44,148 nt of DNA from Candidatus Thorarchaeota archaeon (GCA_048884925.1 JBHLQK010000002.1:1-44148), one strand, 5' to 3'. Numbered from the stretch's first letter, positions 1 to 9,632 are shown. The notes: generated from the sequence alone by a model not told the origin. Numbers and translations: made by a program.

Positions 1-2
1 AC

Positions 3-227
3 TCATTTGCTGAAACCTGGTCCCGCTCCTACAAATTCGCTCCAGTAATTCTTAGTGAAGAGTATTTGGACACAGTTTCACGGAAAGGCTACTCGATGCT
101 ACACAAGATATCAGAGAGTGAATATCAAGAGGGCCTCAAGGCCTTGCAGCAGTCCTATGCAAAACGGGAGAGGTTGGACTACGCCGCTGGCTACACCTAT
201 GTTTGGGCAAAGAAGACTGCTGATTAG
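3..227 (+). CDS. C-terminal fragment of a class I SAM-dependent methyltransferase (5' end outside window)
   Basis: Frame 3 is open from the window edge to TAG at 225-227. It is absent from the ORF track because it has no start. Translation: ...SMLHKISESEYQEGLKALQQSYAKRERLDYAAGYTYVWAKKTAD. This tail (S-x-L..I.E.E..GL..L ... G-Y-x-Y/F-V-W-A-K-K) resembles the C-terminus of Methyltransf_11-type enzymes. The listed 55..240 ORF in another frame looks spurious. Confidence 0.45.
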   Translation, partial: SFAETWSRSYKFAPVILSEEYLDTVSRKGYSMLHKISESEYQEGLKALQQSYAKRERLDYAAGYTYVWAKKTAD

Positions 228-574
228 AAAACCACAGTAAAGTCGATAGTCCTTTCCTCCTCGACTTCAAACCTGAACATAATGCGGATTGTAAGCGTCG
301 CCTTCCCAGGCCGTAGTGCTCTGAATATCCACTTTCCTCTCTCAGCATCGCCCCCGGTCCATCCAGGCTTCTTCATATTCTCGGGATGGAGATACTCGGT
401 TTCGGTATCTTCGAGATAAATGACAGTGTCATCGTCAATCTCGAACTCGGCATCCTCACCCACAGAGGCGTGTCGATGAAACTCATAGTAGAACCTCTCG
501 CCGACTTGAACAGTGACTTCACACAATGCCTTTGTGCATTCGATTTGACGCATCTCATTCTTCTTTGATTTCAT
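224..574 (-). CDS. small beta-rich protein, possibly chagasin/I42-like protease-inhibitor fold (weak)
   Basis: ORF 224..601. The first ATG is at 574 (MKSKKNEM...) and the 601 start is TTG. The pattern VQVGERFYYEF...GWTGGDAERGKWIFRALRPGKATLTIRI loosely matches the I42 layout (G-x-G-G followed by F-x-F-x-A-x-x-x-G-x-x-x-L). Assignment is tentative. Confidence 0.4.
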   Translation of the reverse strand: MKSKKNEMRQIECTKALCEVTVQVGERFYYEFHRHASVGEDAEFEIDDDTVIYLEDTETEYLHPENMKKPGWTGGDAERGKWIFRALRPGKATLTIRIMFRFEVEEERTIDFTVVF

Positions 575-658
575 CGATTCACTCTCCAAGCTGCTGGGCA
601 ACCGGTATCAGTGATGTGACAAATTTCTCCTGAGCAGGGCGCAGTATGAGCTTGTTCA

Positions 659-1486
659 CTAGCCAGAGCTGTCCTCCAAATGAACGTATCCATCTTGAGA
701 CATTGTGGACAACTCCCGTTTCATCCGTCGCCTCCTGTAGAAGAATAACACAGCTATTACAATCACCACTGCAGTTGATATTAACCCAATAGTCAGTAAT
801 TGCAGCTCCGGAGGCAGTATGAGTACCATCCCTGGATACCATTGCGTGAAAACAAGGTCAATCAGGTCATTCCCGCCAAAGTTGACCCGCATTCGCATGT
901 TTGTCAATGTGCCGTTGACCTTCTCATAGAGCATCTCCATATAGATTGTGATAGTGAATATAGCAAAGACGAATGAGGTGTCTATTATCGTGCCCCACCT
1001 CTCAGCTGTGTCCACCAATTCAATATCCTCAAAATCTGTGAAATTGCTAGAATCCTCTGAGGTGTAGTTTCCTCCAAAGAATGCAAACCCACCCAGCAGG
1101 CTTGAGATGTTCCAGTCACCAATGGGTACGACAACCATGAACATATTCTCCATGATGACTTCTGAGTCGTTCTGGCGAATCAACGTACAATTCGAACCTG
1201 GCATTTGGCTTGACTCATTAATTAGGGATGGGATTGGGTCGAGGTGTGAAACTCGTGCAGTGATCTTTTGGCCCTCATCTACCTCAGAGATGAATGGCAT
1301 GAATTCAGTGAGATAAGACCCGAATGTTTCATCCAGTAACTTCCTCTGCAGAACATACGTTATCTCCTCACCTATCTCTACTCCCCACTCAAGACTGTGA
1401 TTACTCTGGGCTGAAACAGGGGACATACTCAACACTGAGACCAACAATGTGATTGACAATAATGCTGCACAAAGTTTGAGATTCAT
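659..1486 (-). CDS. secreted or surface protein with N-terminal signal peptide and C-terminal TM anchor
   Basis: ATG start. N-terminus MNLKLCAALLSITLLVSVLSMSPVSAQ looks like a signal peptide. A C-terminal hydrophobic helix (LLTIGLISTAVVIVIAVLFF) is followed by RRRRMKRE. There are eight N-x-S/T sequons in the ectodomain. No family recognised. Confidence 0.6.
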   Translation of the reverse strand: MNLKLCAALLSITLLVSVLSMSPVSAQSNHSLEWGVEIGEEITYVLQRKLLDETFGSYLTEFMPFISEVDEGQKITARVSHLDPIPSLINESSQMPGSNCTLIRQNDSEVIMENMFMVVVPIGDWNISSLLGGFAFFGGNYTSEDSSNFTDFEDIELVDTAERWGTIIDTSFVFAIFTITIYMEMLYEKVNGTLTNMRMRVNFGGNDLIDLVFTQWYPGMVLILPPELQLLTIGLISTAVVIVIAVLFFYRRRRMKRELSTMSQDGYVHLEDSSG

Positions 1487-1519
1487 TGCCCTCCGTATGT
1501 GGTTTTGCTTTCATTAGGA

Positions 1520-2257
1520 TTATGGTAGGAGTTCCAGCAATTCTGGCAGGTGTTCAATAATTGCAGTGTCAGTAGGTGCGACTTCTCTTTCTTGAGGATT
1601 ACATCCTACGATTAGAATTGGTTTCATCTCGCCACGGATCGCAGCCTCGACATCATACTTCACATAGTTACCGACATAGACACATCTTCTGGGATTGACT
1701 CCAAGGTCGTCAGCCACCTTGAGAAGCATGTACGGAGACGGTTTCTTGTACCCGGGAACGTTGGTATACTCGACAGATTCGAAGAGTGACAGATTCCCAT
1801 CACGCCTGAGGAACGATCTGGGATCTCCAAAGCGGTTTGATGCGATGCCAAGTTTGTACCCCCTATTCTTAAGTTCCACAAGTGTTTCTCTGCAACCATC
1901 GAGTGGTATGTATCGGTCAACTCTAAGCCATTCGTCCCACAATGCCTGATACTCATTGGCCAATCTCTCAATATCTCCTTCTGCACCAAGGCTTTTCAAG
2001 AGCCGTTTATCATACTCTACCCAGTCCTCTCTTGATGGTTCCCAGTGCAGGTCGGCTTGTTTCTTCAGCATATATTCATCGAGCCAGACATCTGGACCCC
2101 GTGACTGTGCCCCTTCAAGCTCGTAGTCAGGAATACCGGCAAGGCCGGCAAGACCCACCTCAGTAAGGACCCTTCTATGGACATCTCCAAGGTCTCTCTC
2201 CGTCCTGTAGAGAGTTCCGCCTAAGTCGAAGATTGCTGCATCAATTTCCTTAATCAT
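1520..2257 (-). CDS. HAD-superfamily hydrolase (variant motif I/IV)
   Basis: Motif I AIFDLGGTLY, motif II GIASNR, motif III GYKKPSP, motif IV VGNYVKYDVEAA. ATG at 2257 (MIKEIDAAIF); the track's 2284 start is TTG. Confidence 0.8.
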   Translation of the reverse strand: MIKEIDAAIFDLGGTLYRTERDLGDVHRRVLTEVGLAGLAGIPDYELEGAQSRGPDVWLDEYMLKKQADLHWEPSREDWVEYDKRLLKSLGAEGDIERLANEYQALWDEWLRVDRYIPLDGCRETLVELKNRGYKLGIASNRFGDPRSFLRRDGNLSLFESVEYTNVPGYKKPSPYMLLKVADDLGVNPRRCVYVGNYVKYDVEAAIRGEMKPILIVGCNPQEREVAPTDTAIIEHLPELLELLP

Positions 2258-2370
2258 AACTATTCCGCCGTGTGCATCTGCCAATGGTCAACCCACATCT
2301 ATATGTGACGGCATAGGAGTCCAAGCGGTCAACCTTTTTCTTCTATTCAACCGATATCATCTCGATTAGG

Positions 2371-3516
2371 ATGCCATCTGTGGATGATACCCTTAAAGCA
2401 GTAAAGAAACATCTTGAGGAGAATCCAGATGATGCATCCGCATGGAATGTAAGGGGAGTTCTATTAGCCAACAAGACAGAGTTCGGCGCAGCATTACGCT
2501 GCTTAGACAGGGCAATACGTCTGGACCCGAATCTTGCAGAGGCATACACGAATCGTGGACGCGTACTCATGGCATTAGGGCATGATAAAGCAGGCAGTGC
2601 ATTGGAGTCCTTTGACAAAGCGCTGCGTCTGTCACCAGGTAATATGGAAGCCCTTGTGGACAAAGCCAAGGCCTTACGAGCGCTTGGGCGAACCAAAGAA
2701 GAATTGGCATGCTATGAGAAGATCAGCCAAGTGGTCACTGATGTCCCGGCGATTTGGATTCGCATGGGTGATATCGAGCTAGAGGAAGGCAACTTTCATG
2801 GTGCAGTCATGAACTATGATAATGCTCTCTCACTTGATTCCGAGAAGGTCACGGCGCTGGTGCACCGTGCAATAGGGCTCTCGATGATTGAGCGGTGGAA
2901 AGAGGCAGTGAAGTCAGCCGAGAAGGCCACCAAACTTGCTCCAGGTGATATAGAAACCTGGCGTGTTCTTGCTGACGTGAATCTCAGATATGGCAAGCAT
3001 AAGTCTGCAATGAAGGCTCTACAGAAGGCCTCGCAGATTGATCCCAGTGATGCTTCTGTCGAGAATACAATGGGCATGGTAGAGTTCAAGGCAGGTAGAC
3101 TGAATGATGCGGCCGCCCATTTTAGAAGAGCTCTAGTGCGGAATAAGAAACATACCTCCGCACTTCGAAATCTCGGCTTTGTCTTGATGGACTTGGAAGA
3201 TTGGGCAGAAGCCCGCAATACTTGGGATCAGCTCACGAGAATAGTCAAGGACGACCCACAGGTCTTTGATGCAAAGGCAACAACATCTGCGCGTCTAGAT
3301 GACTTTTGTGCTGCGTCGGAGGCTTGGGAACAGGCACGCAAGCTCTACAAGAAACAAGGAGAGGACAAGGAAGCAACACGTGTTACTGAGCTTGGTCGCG
3401 CTGCAAGAATAAACTGCTCTCGTCAGAAGAAAGCAATTAGAGCTGAACGCGAACGCGAGAAGGCGAGTCGATCATTCTCGGATAGATTTGATGAACGCAG
3501 GAGAAGGCCCAGGTAA
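2371..3516 (+). CDS. TPR repeat protein
   Basis: Successive 34-aa repeats with the W/A-x-x-x-G...A...Y/F..AL...P signature (e.g. AWNVRGVLLANKTEFGAALRCLDRAIRLDPNLAEAY). Basic or charged C-terminal tail. Confidence 0.85.
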   Translation: MPSVDDTLKAVKKHLEENPDDASAWNVRGVLLANKTEFGAALRCLDRAIRLDPNLAEAYTNRGRVLMALGHDKAGSALESFDKALRLSPGNMEALVDKAKALRALGRTKEELACYEKISQVVTDVPAIWIRMGDIELEEGNFHGAVMNYDNALSLDSEKVTALVHRAIGLSMIERWKEAVKSAEKATKLAPGDIETWRVLADVNLRYGKHKSAMKALQKASQIDPSDASVENTMGMVEFKAGRLNDAAAHFRRALVRNKKHTSALRNLGFVLMDLEDWAEARNTWDQLTRIVKDDPQVFDAKATTSARLDDFCAASEAWEQARKLYKKQGEDKEATRVTELGRAARINCSRQKKAIRAEREREKASRSFSDRFDERRRRPR

Positions 3517-3577
3517 CGATGACAGGCGAATACCGCTCCGCAAAGAAACTGAAACTTGGTCGTTGGAGTCTATTATC

Positions 3578-4468
3578 ATGAAACGTCATGATGAAAGGAC
3601 CATTCGCTTTGCCAAGCTCGGACCTGATGGTGAACTTGAACCACCATTCCCAATGGATCCAGTGAAGCTCACAGAGTCAACGAGAAAGATTGTCTGCAAA
3701 ATAGTAGATGGGATTCATTTACGGAAGTATACGAGATTCTATGCAGTGGGAGTCTACGGTGGTATTGCCACTGCCTACTCTGTAGGGTGCAATTATAGAT
3801 GCATATTCTGCTGGGTGGACTGGAGTCGGGACTGGCCAGAGAGTCACGGGGCCTTCTATTCCCCTTCTCAGGTCTATTCAAAGCTCAGAGAAATAATGAA
3901 GGTTCAGAACTTGAGACGTGCCCGAGTAAGCGGGGCCGAACCCACACTCTGTCCGGAGCATATATGTAATATCCTAGAGCTTGTTCACCAAGATGCAGAT
4001 TTGTTCGACTTGTTTGTTATTGAAACCAATGGAGTAGTGATAGGAACAGAAGAGAATTTGGCATCGAGGCTGGCTCAATATGCCTCACGGGATGCAGATA
4101 CTGTTGGACATGTGCGCCTCTCGATTCGTGGCGGGCTGCCCGATCCATTTATGAACAAAACTGGTTGCTACCCCGAGTTCCTCGATCTTCCCTTTGTCGC
4201 TGCTCAACATCTTTGGGATGCAGGTGCTTCGTTCCATGTGGCAGTGGTGGTTGACCCAAGGTTCACCTCAGAGGAAGAGAAAGTGACCATCTATAACAGG
4301 CTAAATGATATTCACCCTTCCATACGGCGTGGAGTGGAGGAGGAGTTTCTTGACCCATATCCTCATGCTATTGTCAGGTTAAGGGCTGTTGGCCGTGAAG
4401 ACGTGACTGGTCGAGAGATGAATGACAAAGAGCTCTATGCGAGAAGAAGGATGCCAAAAGACGAATGA
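3578..4468 (+). CDS. radical SAM protein
   Basis: CxxxCxxC cluster motif GCNYRCIFCW, followed by a SGAEPTL (GGEP-like) segment. Start is ambiguous: ATG 3578 (MKRHDERT) or ATG 3488, which would overlap the TPR gene by 29 nt. Confidence 0.8.
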   Translation: MKRHDERTIRFAKLGPDGELEPPFPMDPVKLTESTRKIVCKIVDGIHLRKYTRFYAVGVYGGIATAYSVGCNYRCIFCWVDWSRDWPESHGAFYSPSQVYSKLREIMKVQNLRRARVSGAEPTLCPEHICNILELVHQDADLFDLFVIETNGVVIGTEENLASRLAQYASRDADTVGHVRLSIRGGLPDPFMNKTGCYPEFLDLPFVAAQHLWDAGASFHVAVVVDPRFTSEEEKVTIYNRLNDIHPSIRRGVEEEFLDPYPHAIVRLRAVGREDVTGREMNDKELYARRRMPKDE

Positions 4469-4475
4469 TAATGGA

Positions 4476-4790
4476 CTATTCTTCTTCTGCCATTCTGTAT
4501 GCTTGATTGGCATTTTCTGGTTCATCCATCCGCATGAAGAGATCTCCCATCTTTTCCCATGCCTTTGAATAGTCAGGCCGAATCGCTACTGCCCTATTCA
4601 AGGCATATAGGGCAAAGTCATAGTCCTTCAATCGAGTCAGAAGCTGGCCGTAGTATGTCCAGCCCTCATAATCGTCAGGCCTGGCTCCCAAGAAATGACC
4701 GATGGTGTCAGCATAGATGCTTGGGAAAATGAGTGGGATGGCGGCTGCCACAAAGACAATGACTGCAATTATTACAAATCCCATAAGCAT
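4476..4790 (-). CDS. membrane-anchored TPR protein
   Basis: N-terminal TM helix (GFVIIAVIVFVAAAIPLIF) followed by TPR-like repeats (WTYYGQLLTRLKDYDFALYALNRAVAIRPDYSKAWEKMGDLF). Confidence 0.7.
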   Translation of the reverse strand: MLMGFVIIAVIVFVAAAIPLIFPSIYADTIGHFLGARPDDYEGWTYYGQLLTRLKDYDFALYALNRAVAIRPDYSKAWEKMGDLFMRMDEPENANQAYRMAEEE

Positions 4791-4842
4791 CTCTTATTCA
4801 GCTCTCTATCGCGTATTAGTCGAATCATACCTTTATTACTTA

Positions 4843-5655
4843 TCAGCTTGGGGAAACTTCGTCAAAAATAAGAGATCTGATCAGGTGGTCTATTATGAAT
4901 CGACCCTCAGTCATGTCCATATACCAAGGACCTTCTATTCCTAGATTTTTCTGTATCTCAGGTATTGTTTGCCCTTGGCTATGCAGTTCCTTGATGGAGG
5001 ACTGCAAATTCTTTAGGTAGTCAATTCGTTTCTGAATGTACTCCTTAGGAGCTTCTACAGGTCCCCTATGACCATCAAAGAGAATGTTGAGCTCGAGATT
5101 CTGAATCTCCTCCATAGTGGCTATCATTTCTGTCACGTTCTCATCAGGCATTGCCAGTTGCTTTTCTGATGGCAGTGGGACAGCATCCGCAGAGAACAGC
5201 CAACCTCTTTTCTTTTCGTAGAATCCTACCATGTGATCTGTGTGACCAGGCAGTGACAGTAGTTCAAGTGACAATTCGCCAATCTCGAATTTCTCAGGCA
5301 TTGGAAGAACCTCAGGAACTGGCTCTGGTTGACCCCATACCTTCACAAAGAAGTCAGGGAGCGATTCAGGGCTCCTCAAGGCCTCAGCAACAAGGGGTGT
5401 TGCGTAGATATCGGCTTTCGGGGTGAGGACTGCACACCCACCGAGATGGTCCTCATGAGTATGTGATACAAAAATGCGTCGAATTGGATTGTTGGCTGCA
5501 AATTCCTCTATTTCCTTGGCTGCGTTTGGGCAACCAGCGTCCAAGAGAGTATCTCCGATCAGATAGGCGTACGTCCACATCACAACACTGCCATTCATGT
5601 CTGAGCCAGTCTTGACACAAGTCACCAGCTCGTTATAGGGAACAACCTCTATCAT
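4843..5655 (-). CDS. MBL-fold metallo-hydrolase
   Basis: Canonical HxHxDH motif (VSHTHEDHLGG) plus a downstream GHTDH. ATG at 5655 (MIEVVPYNEL); the 5679 start is TTG. Confidence 0.85.
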   Translation of the reverse strand: MIEVVPYNELVTCVKTGSDMNGSVVMWTYAYLIGDTLLDAGCPNAAKEIEEFAANNPIRRIFVSHTHEDHLGGCAVLTPKADIYATPLVAEALRSPESLPDFFVKVWGQPEPVPEVLPMPEKFEIGELSLELLSLPGHTDHMVGFYEKKRGWLFSADAVPLPSEKQLAMPDENVTEMIATMEEIQNLELNILFDGHRGPVEAPKEYIQKRIDYLKNLQSSIKELHSQGQTIPEIQKNLGIEGPWYMDMTEGRFIIDHLIRSLIFDEVSPS

Positions 5656-5708
5656 GGGTTTGGCTGTGCAAGTCGGCAAAATCTATGCTTCGGTTGGTGC
5701 CTTCTTCT

Positions 5709-6854
5709 TCAACTACACTGTAATGATGCACGGAGGACTGGAGGAGCATATTTCCTCAACCTCCTAAGAGCGACAACTCGATCTCTCCTACCCAGTTTCG
5801 CATCATTCAGAGCCTGCTCCATGAACCTGATTGCCTCATCATAGTCTTGACGTGGGACCGGATAAGGCACCCCATCTTTACCACCAAAGGCAAAGGTCAT
5901 GCGAACTGGGTCTGACCACGACGGTGCTGAACCATAGATCATCTCTGAGATAAGAGATAGTCCCCTCACCGTGGCAGGACCCATTCCATCTATGAAGAGC
6001 ATGTCCTCGTAGCCTGTGGGCTGTACTTCATAGGCTTTACGAACAGCATTCCAGTCCATTCTGTTTGGGATTACTTTGTAAGATGGTACCGAGACCTCTG
6101 GACCGTTTCCATCAATCCATGGGATGAGAGTGCTTTCACCATAAGCCTTCACATCCTCGAAGAGCTTCTTTACCTTCCGTGGGTTTTCTCTTACGATATC
6201 TAACGTAGTCTTCCGACAATCCTCTGAATACCTGGAGGTTAGGTCTAGAGTAGTCTTCTTTACCTGTCCCGAGATTATTCCTGTGTGAGGTTCGTCAATG
6301 AAGCTGTCCACCTCTTCGGAAATCCAATGGTATCTGCGTGCGTCGTTGGAGCTGCTATCCATGCCTTGCTGCACCACCGTCCAGTTCTCCTGAGGGTCCA
6401 CAAAGAAGACATGCTGGTACAACTGATATCCATCCTGTACTGCAGCATTATCGACTTTTGCAACAGCCTTGCTTATCTCTGAGAGCCCATATCCGTCCAA
6501 CCCGAAGTCCTCTAGCGCCCTCAGCTGATCTGGAACCTTTCTTGATGCAAGACCTTTGCCTCCAATCCCTACCATACTATGCTTCTCCCAACTCAGAACT
6601 GACTTCAGTACTCCGCATGTCACGGTTGTCGACCCAGAACTGTCCCAATCATATCCCAGGACATTGGAGAGCGCTTGAAAGTACACTGGGTCTGAGAGTC
6701 GCCTCAAAAGCTCAAGCGTACCAAACTCATCCACTATGAACTCACAGAGTGCACTGGCCATAGGCATCATTCTTTTGACCAGCCAATGAGGCGCCTTACC
6801 TGGATGGAGTTTGAGGTCGGCAACACCTGCTCTCTTCATTCTCAGTGCTCCCAT
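5709..6854 (-). CDS. DUF763-family protein (function unknown)
   Basis: N-terminus GVADLKLHPGKAPHWLVKRM...LRRLSDPVYFQALSNVLGYDWDSSGSTTV matches my recollection of the conserved DUF763 N-terminal block. Needs HMM confirmation. Confidence 0.7.
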   Translation of the reverse strand: MGALRMKRAGVADLKLHPGKAPHWLVKRMMPMASALCEFIVDEFGTLELLRRLSDPVYFQALSNVLGYDWDSSGSTTVTCGVLKSVLSWEKHSMVGIGGKGLASRKVPDQLRALEDFGLDGYGLSEISKAVAKVDNAAVQDGYQLYQHVFFVDPQENWTVVQQGMDSSSNDARRYHWISEEVDSFIDEPHTGIISGQVKKTTLDLTSRYSEDCRKTTLDIVRENPRKVKKLFEDVKAYGESTLIPWIDGNGPEVSVPSYKVIPNRMDWNAVRKAYEVQPTGYEDMLFIDGMGPATVRGLSLISEMIYGSAPSWSDPVRMTFAFGGKDGVPYPVPRQDYDEAIRFMEQALNDAKLGRRDRVVALRRLRKYAPPVLRASLQCS

Positions 6855-6920
6855 GTACAGTGAATAACTATGTTAGATAAACCCAACAGGAAACCGAAAC
6901 TAATGTAATTTGAGACCTGC

Positions 6921-7268
6921 CTAGAGACTGGTTCTAATTCCCTCGAGTTTCTCCCTGAATGATTCTCCGGTCATTTTGAGGAATTCCTCGAGTGTGTCAC
7001 ACCCATAGTCTTCACAATGCGCACATGTTTCTATGTCCCGTTGACTTCCACATGCTCTAACTCCACAGGTCGAACAGAACTTAAAATGGACACCACCAGT
7101 CGACTTGCATCCCTGGCAATTGATATCTGCAGACTCCACCGGCCAATCTGGTGAGGTCCACTCGTTCGCCACCTTCTTTCGCAGGTCATTGTCATCAGTC
7201 ATTGTCGCAAGGAATGCATTGCATTCTGTACAGACAATCCCGCAATATGCCATCATTTTAGCTGTCAT
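6921..7268 (-). CDS. DUF3795-like cysteine-rich protein
   Basis: Cys pattern YCGIVCTEC ... CQGCKS ... FCSTCGVRAC ... ETCAHCEDYGC is typical of DUF3795. Confidence 0.6.
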   Translation of the reverse strand: MTAKMMAYCGIVCTECNAFLATMTDDNDLRKKVANEWTSPDWPVESADINCQGCKSTGGVHFKFCSTCGVRACGSQRDIETCAHCEDYGCDTLEEFLKMTGESFREKLEGIRTSL

Positions 7269-7327
7269 GCTGTTATCCCTCCAAGCCCTTGCCTTATATC
7301 ATCTACTCGGAGTCTCCGAGAGGCCTA

Positions 7328-8011
7328 TCAAAGCTTCTTACTGCCTTCTCTTATTGAAAGTTTGGTCATCTCAGCCCTATTCTCTTCGATGAATCTTCGA
7401 ACGAGATCTGGTTCTCTCTTGCTAAACTCTCTTAGGACCCATCCCACAGCCTTTGCCACAAAGAACTCATCATCTGATAGATGTGGTATAATGGCAGCCA
7501 GAGCTCTCTCTGCATACCCTTCACGGTAAATGCGTTTTTTTGCCAGATGAACATATGGCAATACTGTGGCTCTACGCCTCCAGAAATTGCTGCTCTTCCG
7601 CCAGCGAGCAATCTTCTTCTCATATGCTGCATCTCTGATTATCACGTTTGCTAAACAGACGATACACAGTGGATCTAAGACGGACCAAGTATCGATATCG
7701 TCAATCATTCTGTCGATCATGGTGAACGCGGACTTGATGTCGCCTTTTGCGCTATATTTTTCCAGGGACTCAATTGCTGCGAGTTTAAAGTCAAAGACCG
7801 GATGTATCCATAGCAGCTCTATCAACAGAGGCAACTCATTGACTTCTAGTCCCTTGATGTGACTCCGTGTCACATTCCTCGCTTCTGTCACAGAAACCCC
7901 AAGGAATTGAAGACAAGATGTCTTCATGTAGCTGGCTACCATCCGGCCTTTCTCTGAGTCCATTCTACTCCTAAGATCGTCCATTAAGGCTCTAACTGTC
8001 GCTTCAACCAT
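7328..8011 (-). CDS. DNA alkylation repair protein (AlkD-like HEAT-repeat glycosylase family)
   Basis: Helical-repeat protein with family-typical blocks (YMKTSCLQFLGVSV, IDTWSVLD, NFWRRRATVL, VAKAVGWVLRE). ATG start. Confidence 0.7.
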   Translation of the reverse strand: MVEATVRALMDDLRSRMDSEKGRMVASYMKTSCLQFLGVSVTEARNVTRSHIKGLEVNELPLLIELLWIHPVFDFKLAAIESLEKYSAKGDIKSAFTMIDRMIDDIDTWSVLDPLCIVCLANVIIRDAAYEKKIARWRKSSNFWRRRATVLPYVHLAKKRIYREGYAERALAAIIPHLSDDEFFVAKAVGWVLREFSKREPDLVRRFIEENRAEMTKLSIREGSKKL

Positions 8012-8157
8012 GCGTTTCCTTAGCTAAAACATGATATAGTCTTGCCTCCACATGACGTACAACTTTGCATGTCTGGTAATCCTTTTATTCAAAATAGACA
8101 AGTTGAATGTGCTGGCATGTCCAGCAGAATTCTTCGAGAACATTGAGTTGATGAAAT

Positions 8158-8697
8158 ATGTGTGAGACTGCAGATTGGGACAGTGCTGTGAACTATGACA
8201 CATTTCTGAAGAATGCTCGGGAGAACGTCGAACTGATGAAAGCCCGCTATAGTGACCTAATGCTCAACGAGTCCGAGCAGGACACCCTGAGCAGTATTCA
8301 GAATGAGATTCGAATCCTTGTCATTGGCACTGATCGCTGTGATGACTCTGCAGGAAATGTTCCCGTACTTGCCCGCATGACATCACTCTCACCAAAACTG
8401 AAACTACGTATTCTGGACAGTGATAAGAACGCCAAACTCCACGAGCAATACAAGGTCAACGGAAAGAGAAAGACTCCTGTGGTGCTCTTCATGAGTAATG
8501 AGAATCAAGAAATCTGCCGATGGGTCGAGCGACCAAATGCTGCCTATAAACAAGTGAATCAGGGTTCTAAACCATCTCTAGACGACAGGAAGGTTGCCCT
8601 CAAGAAGCTGTACAGCGACCCGGAGATTCTACGCCAAAGCCTTGGTGAATTCATGAAACTGTTGATGCGATCTGATTACGTCTTAGGTCGTCACTAG
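8158..8697 (+). CDS. thioredoxin-fold protein (Thioredoxin_9-like), no CxxC
   Basis: ILVIGTDRCDDSAGNVPVLARM ... GKRKTPVVLF resembles the Thioredoxin_9 layout, but only one Cys is present at the active-site position. Confidence 0.55.
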   Translation: MCETADWDSAVNYDTFLKNARENVELMKARYSDLMLNESEQDTLSSIQNEIRILVIGTDRCDDSAGNVPVLARMTSLSPKLKLRILDSDKNAKLHEQYKVNGKRKTPVVLFMSNENQEICRWVERPNAAYKQVNQGSKPSLDDRKVALKKLYSDPEILRQSLGEFMKLLMRSDYVLGRH

Positions 8698-8698
8698 A

Positions 8699-9352
8699 AT
8701 GGCACGTAGTCATACCAATGACTGGAAGGACCCTGAACGCATTCCTAGAATGATTGACTCCTACGAGGCGCGATATGGTCCTGATTTTTGGAGCCAGTTT
8801 ATGGACCTTGTTGGAACTGAGAGTCGAGCTGTGGTTGCAGATTTTGGTTGTGGTCCTGGTGTGTTTCTCAAGGACGCCGCAGAGAGGTTCGAAGCTCATG
8901 AGATTCACGGATATGATGCCAGTAAGTACATGCTAGAAGCTGCGGCAAAGATACTTGGCGAAGCAATCTCCAAAGGGAAGATACTGCTCCATAGGACTAA
9001 CTTTGACAATGAACCATTTGATATCGATCCTGATAGCATAGACCTTGGATTCTCTGGTTATATGCTCCATGAAGTGGCAGACCCATCCAAGTTCGTGGAT
9101 CAGATTGCAGTAACTATCCGTGGGGGCGGAAGATATGCTATCCTTGACTTTGTGTCAGGGGACAAGGAGGCATTTGTTAGGACGATGACAAGCAGGGGAA
9201 TGACTGAGGAGAAGGCCCGCAGGCGCTATCCTCACATGTGCAAACACTCTGTTGATGACATTGAGAGAATCCTTCTCGCCGCAGGGTTCTCATCGGTTGA
9301 ACACAGAATGCTCGATGAAGCCAGGGTCATTGCTGTAGGTTTGAGAGAATAG
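8699..9352 (+). CDS. class I SAM-dependent methyltransferase
   Basis: SAM-binding motif I VADFGCGPGVF. The ATG lies 1 nt after the stop of the upstream gene, so it is probably co-transcribed. Confidence 0.8.
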   Translation: MARSHTNDWKDPERIPRMIDSYEARYGPDFWSQFMDLVGTESRAVVADFGCGPGVFLKDAAERFEAHEIHGYDASKYMLEAAAKILGEAISKGKILLHRTNFDNEPFDIDPDSIDLGFSGYMLHEVADPSKFVDQIAVTIRGGGRYAILDFVSGDKEAFVRTMTSRGMTEEKARRRYPHMCKHSVDDIERILLAAGFSSVEHRMLDEARVIAVGLRE

Positions 9353-9632
9353 GGTTAGGTTGGATTCATTGAGATCCTTCGATGAAGATGAAACTTCAGC
9401 GCTCCCCATGATCTTATGAGGCATAGAATAGAGTATCAACGATGCTATAGTCATCATGTCCATCGCAATTTCGACCGGTGGGGATGATTAAGAGGGGTTC
9501 AGATGTTTCAGTGTGTTTCATGTGGAAGGAAGTTCTATACTAAAGAGACCGGCAACTATAGACCGACTTTCGGTAGTCTACACTCCCGTGACTGATGAGG
9601 ACAGTTTATTTGGCGAGTCTGACTGAATACTT

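Noticed and set aside
55-240. 61-aa + strand ORF at the window start
   Set aside because: A different frame, open from the window edge, gives a plausible methyltransferase C-terminus. This ORF has an Arg/Cys/Trp-rich, non-protein-like composition.
9503-9595. 30-aa ORF MFQCVSCGRKFYTKETGNYRPTFGSLHSRD in the 280-nt gap before priL
   Set aside because: It has a weak SD and a single CxxC knuckle with no second knuckle, so it is not a complete zinc ribbon. Too short to support from sequence alone.
9593-9626. Possible C/D-box sRNA (TGATGA ... CTGACTGA) upstream of priL
   Set aside because: Only one C-like box and a tandem D-like box lie about 20 nt apart. There are no C'/D' boxes, no terminal stem, and the element is too short for an archaeal C/D sRNA.
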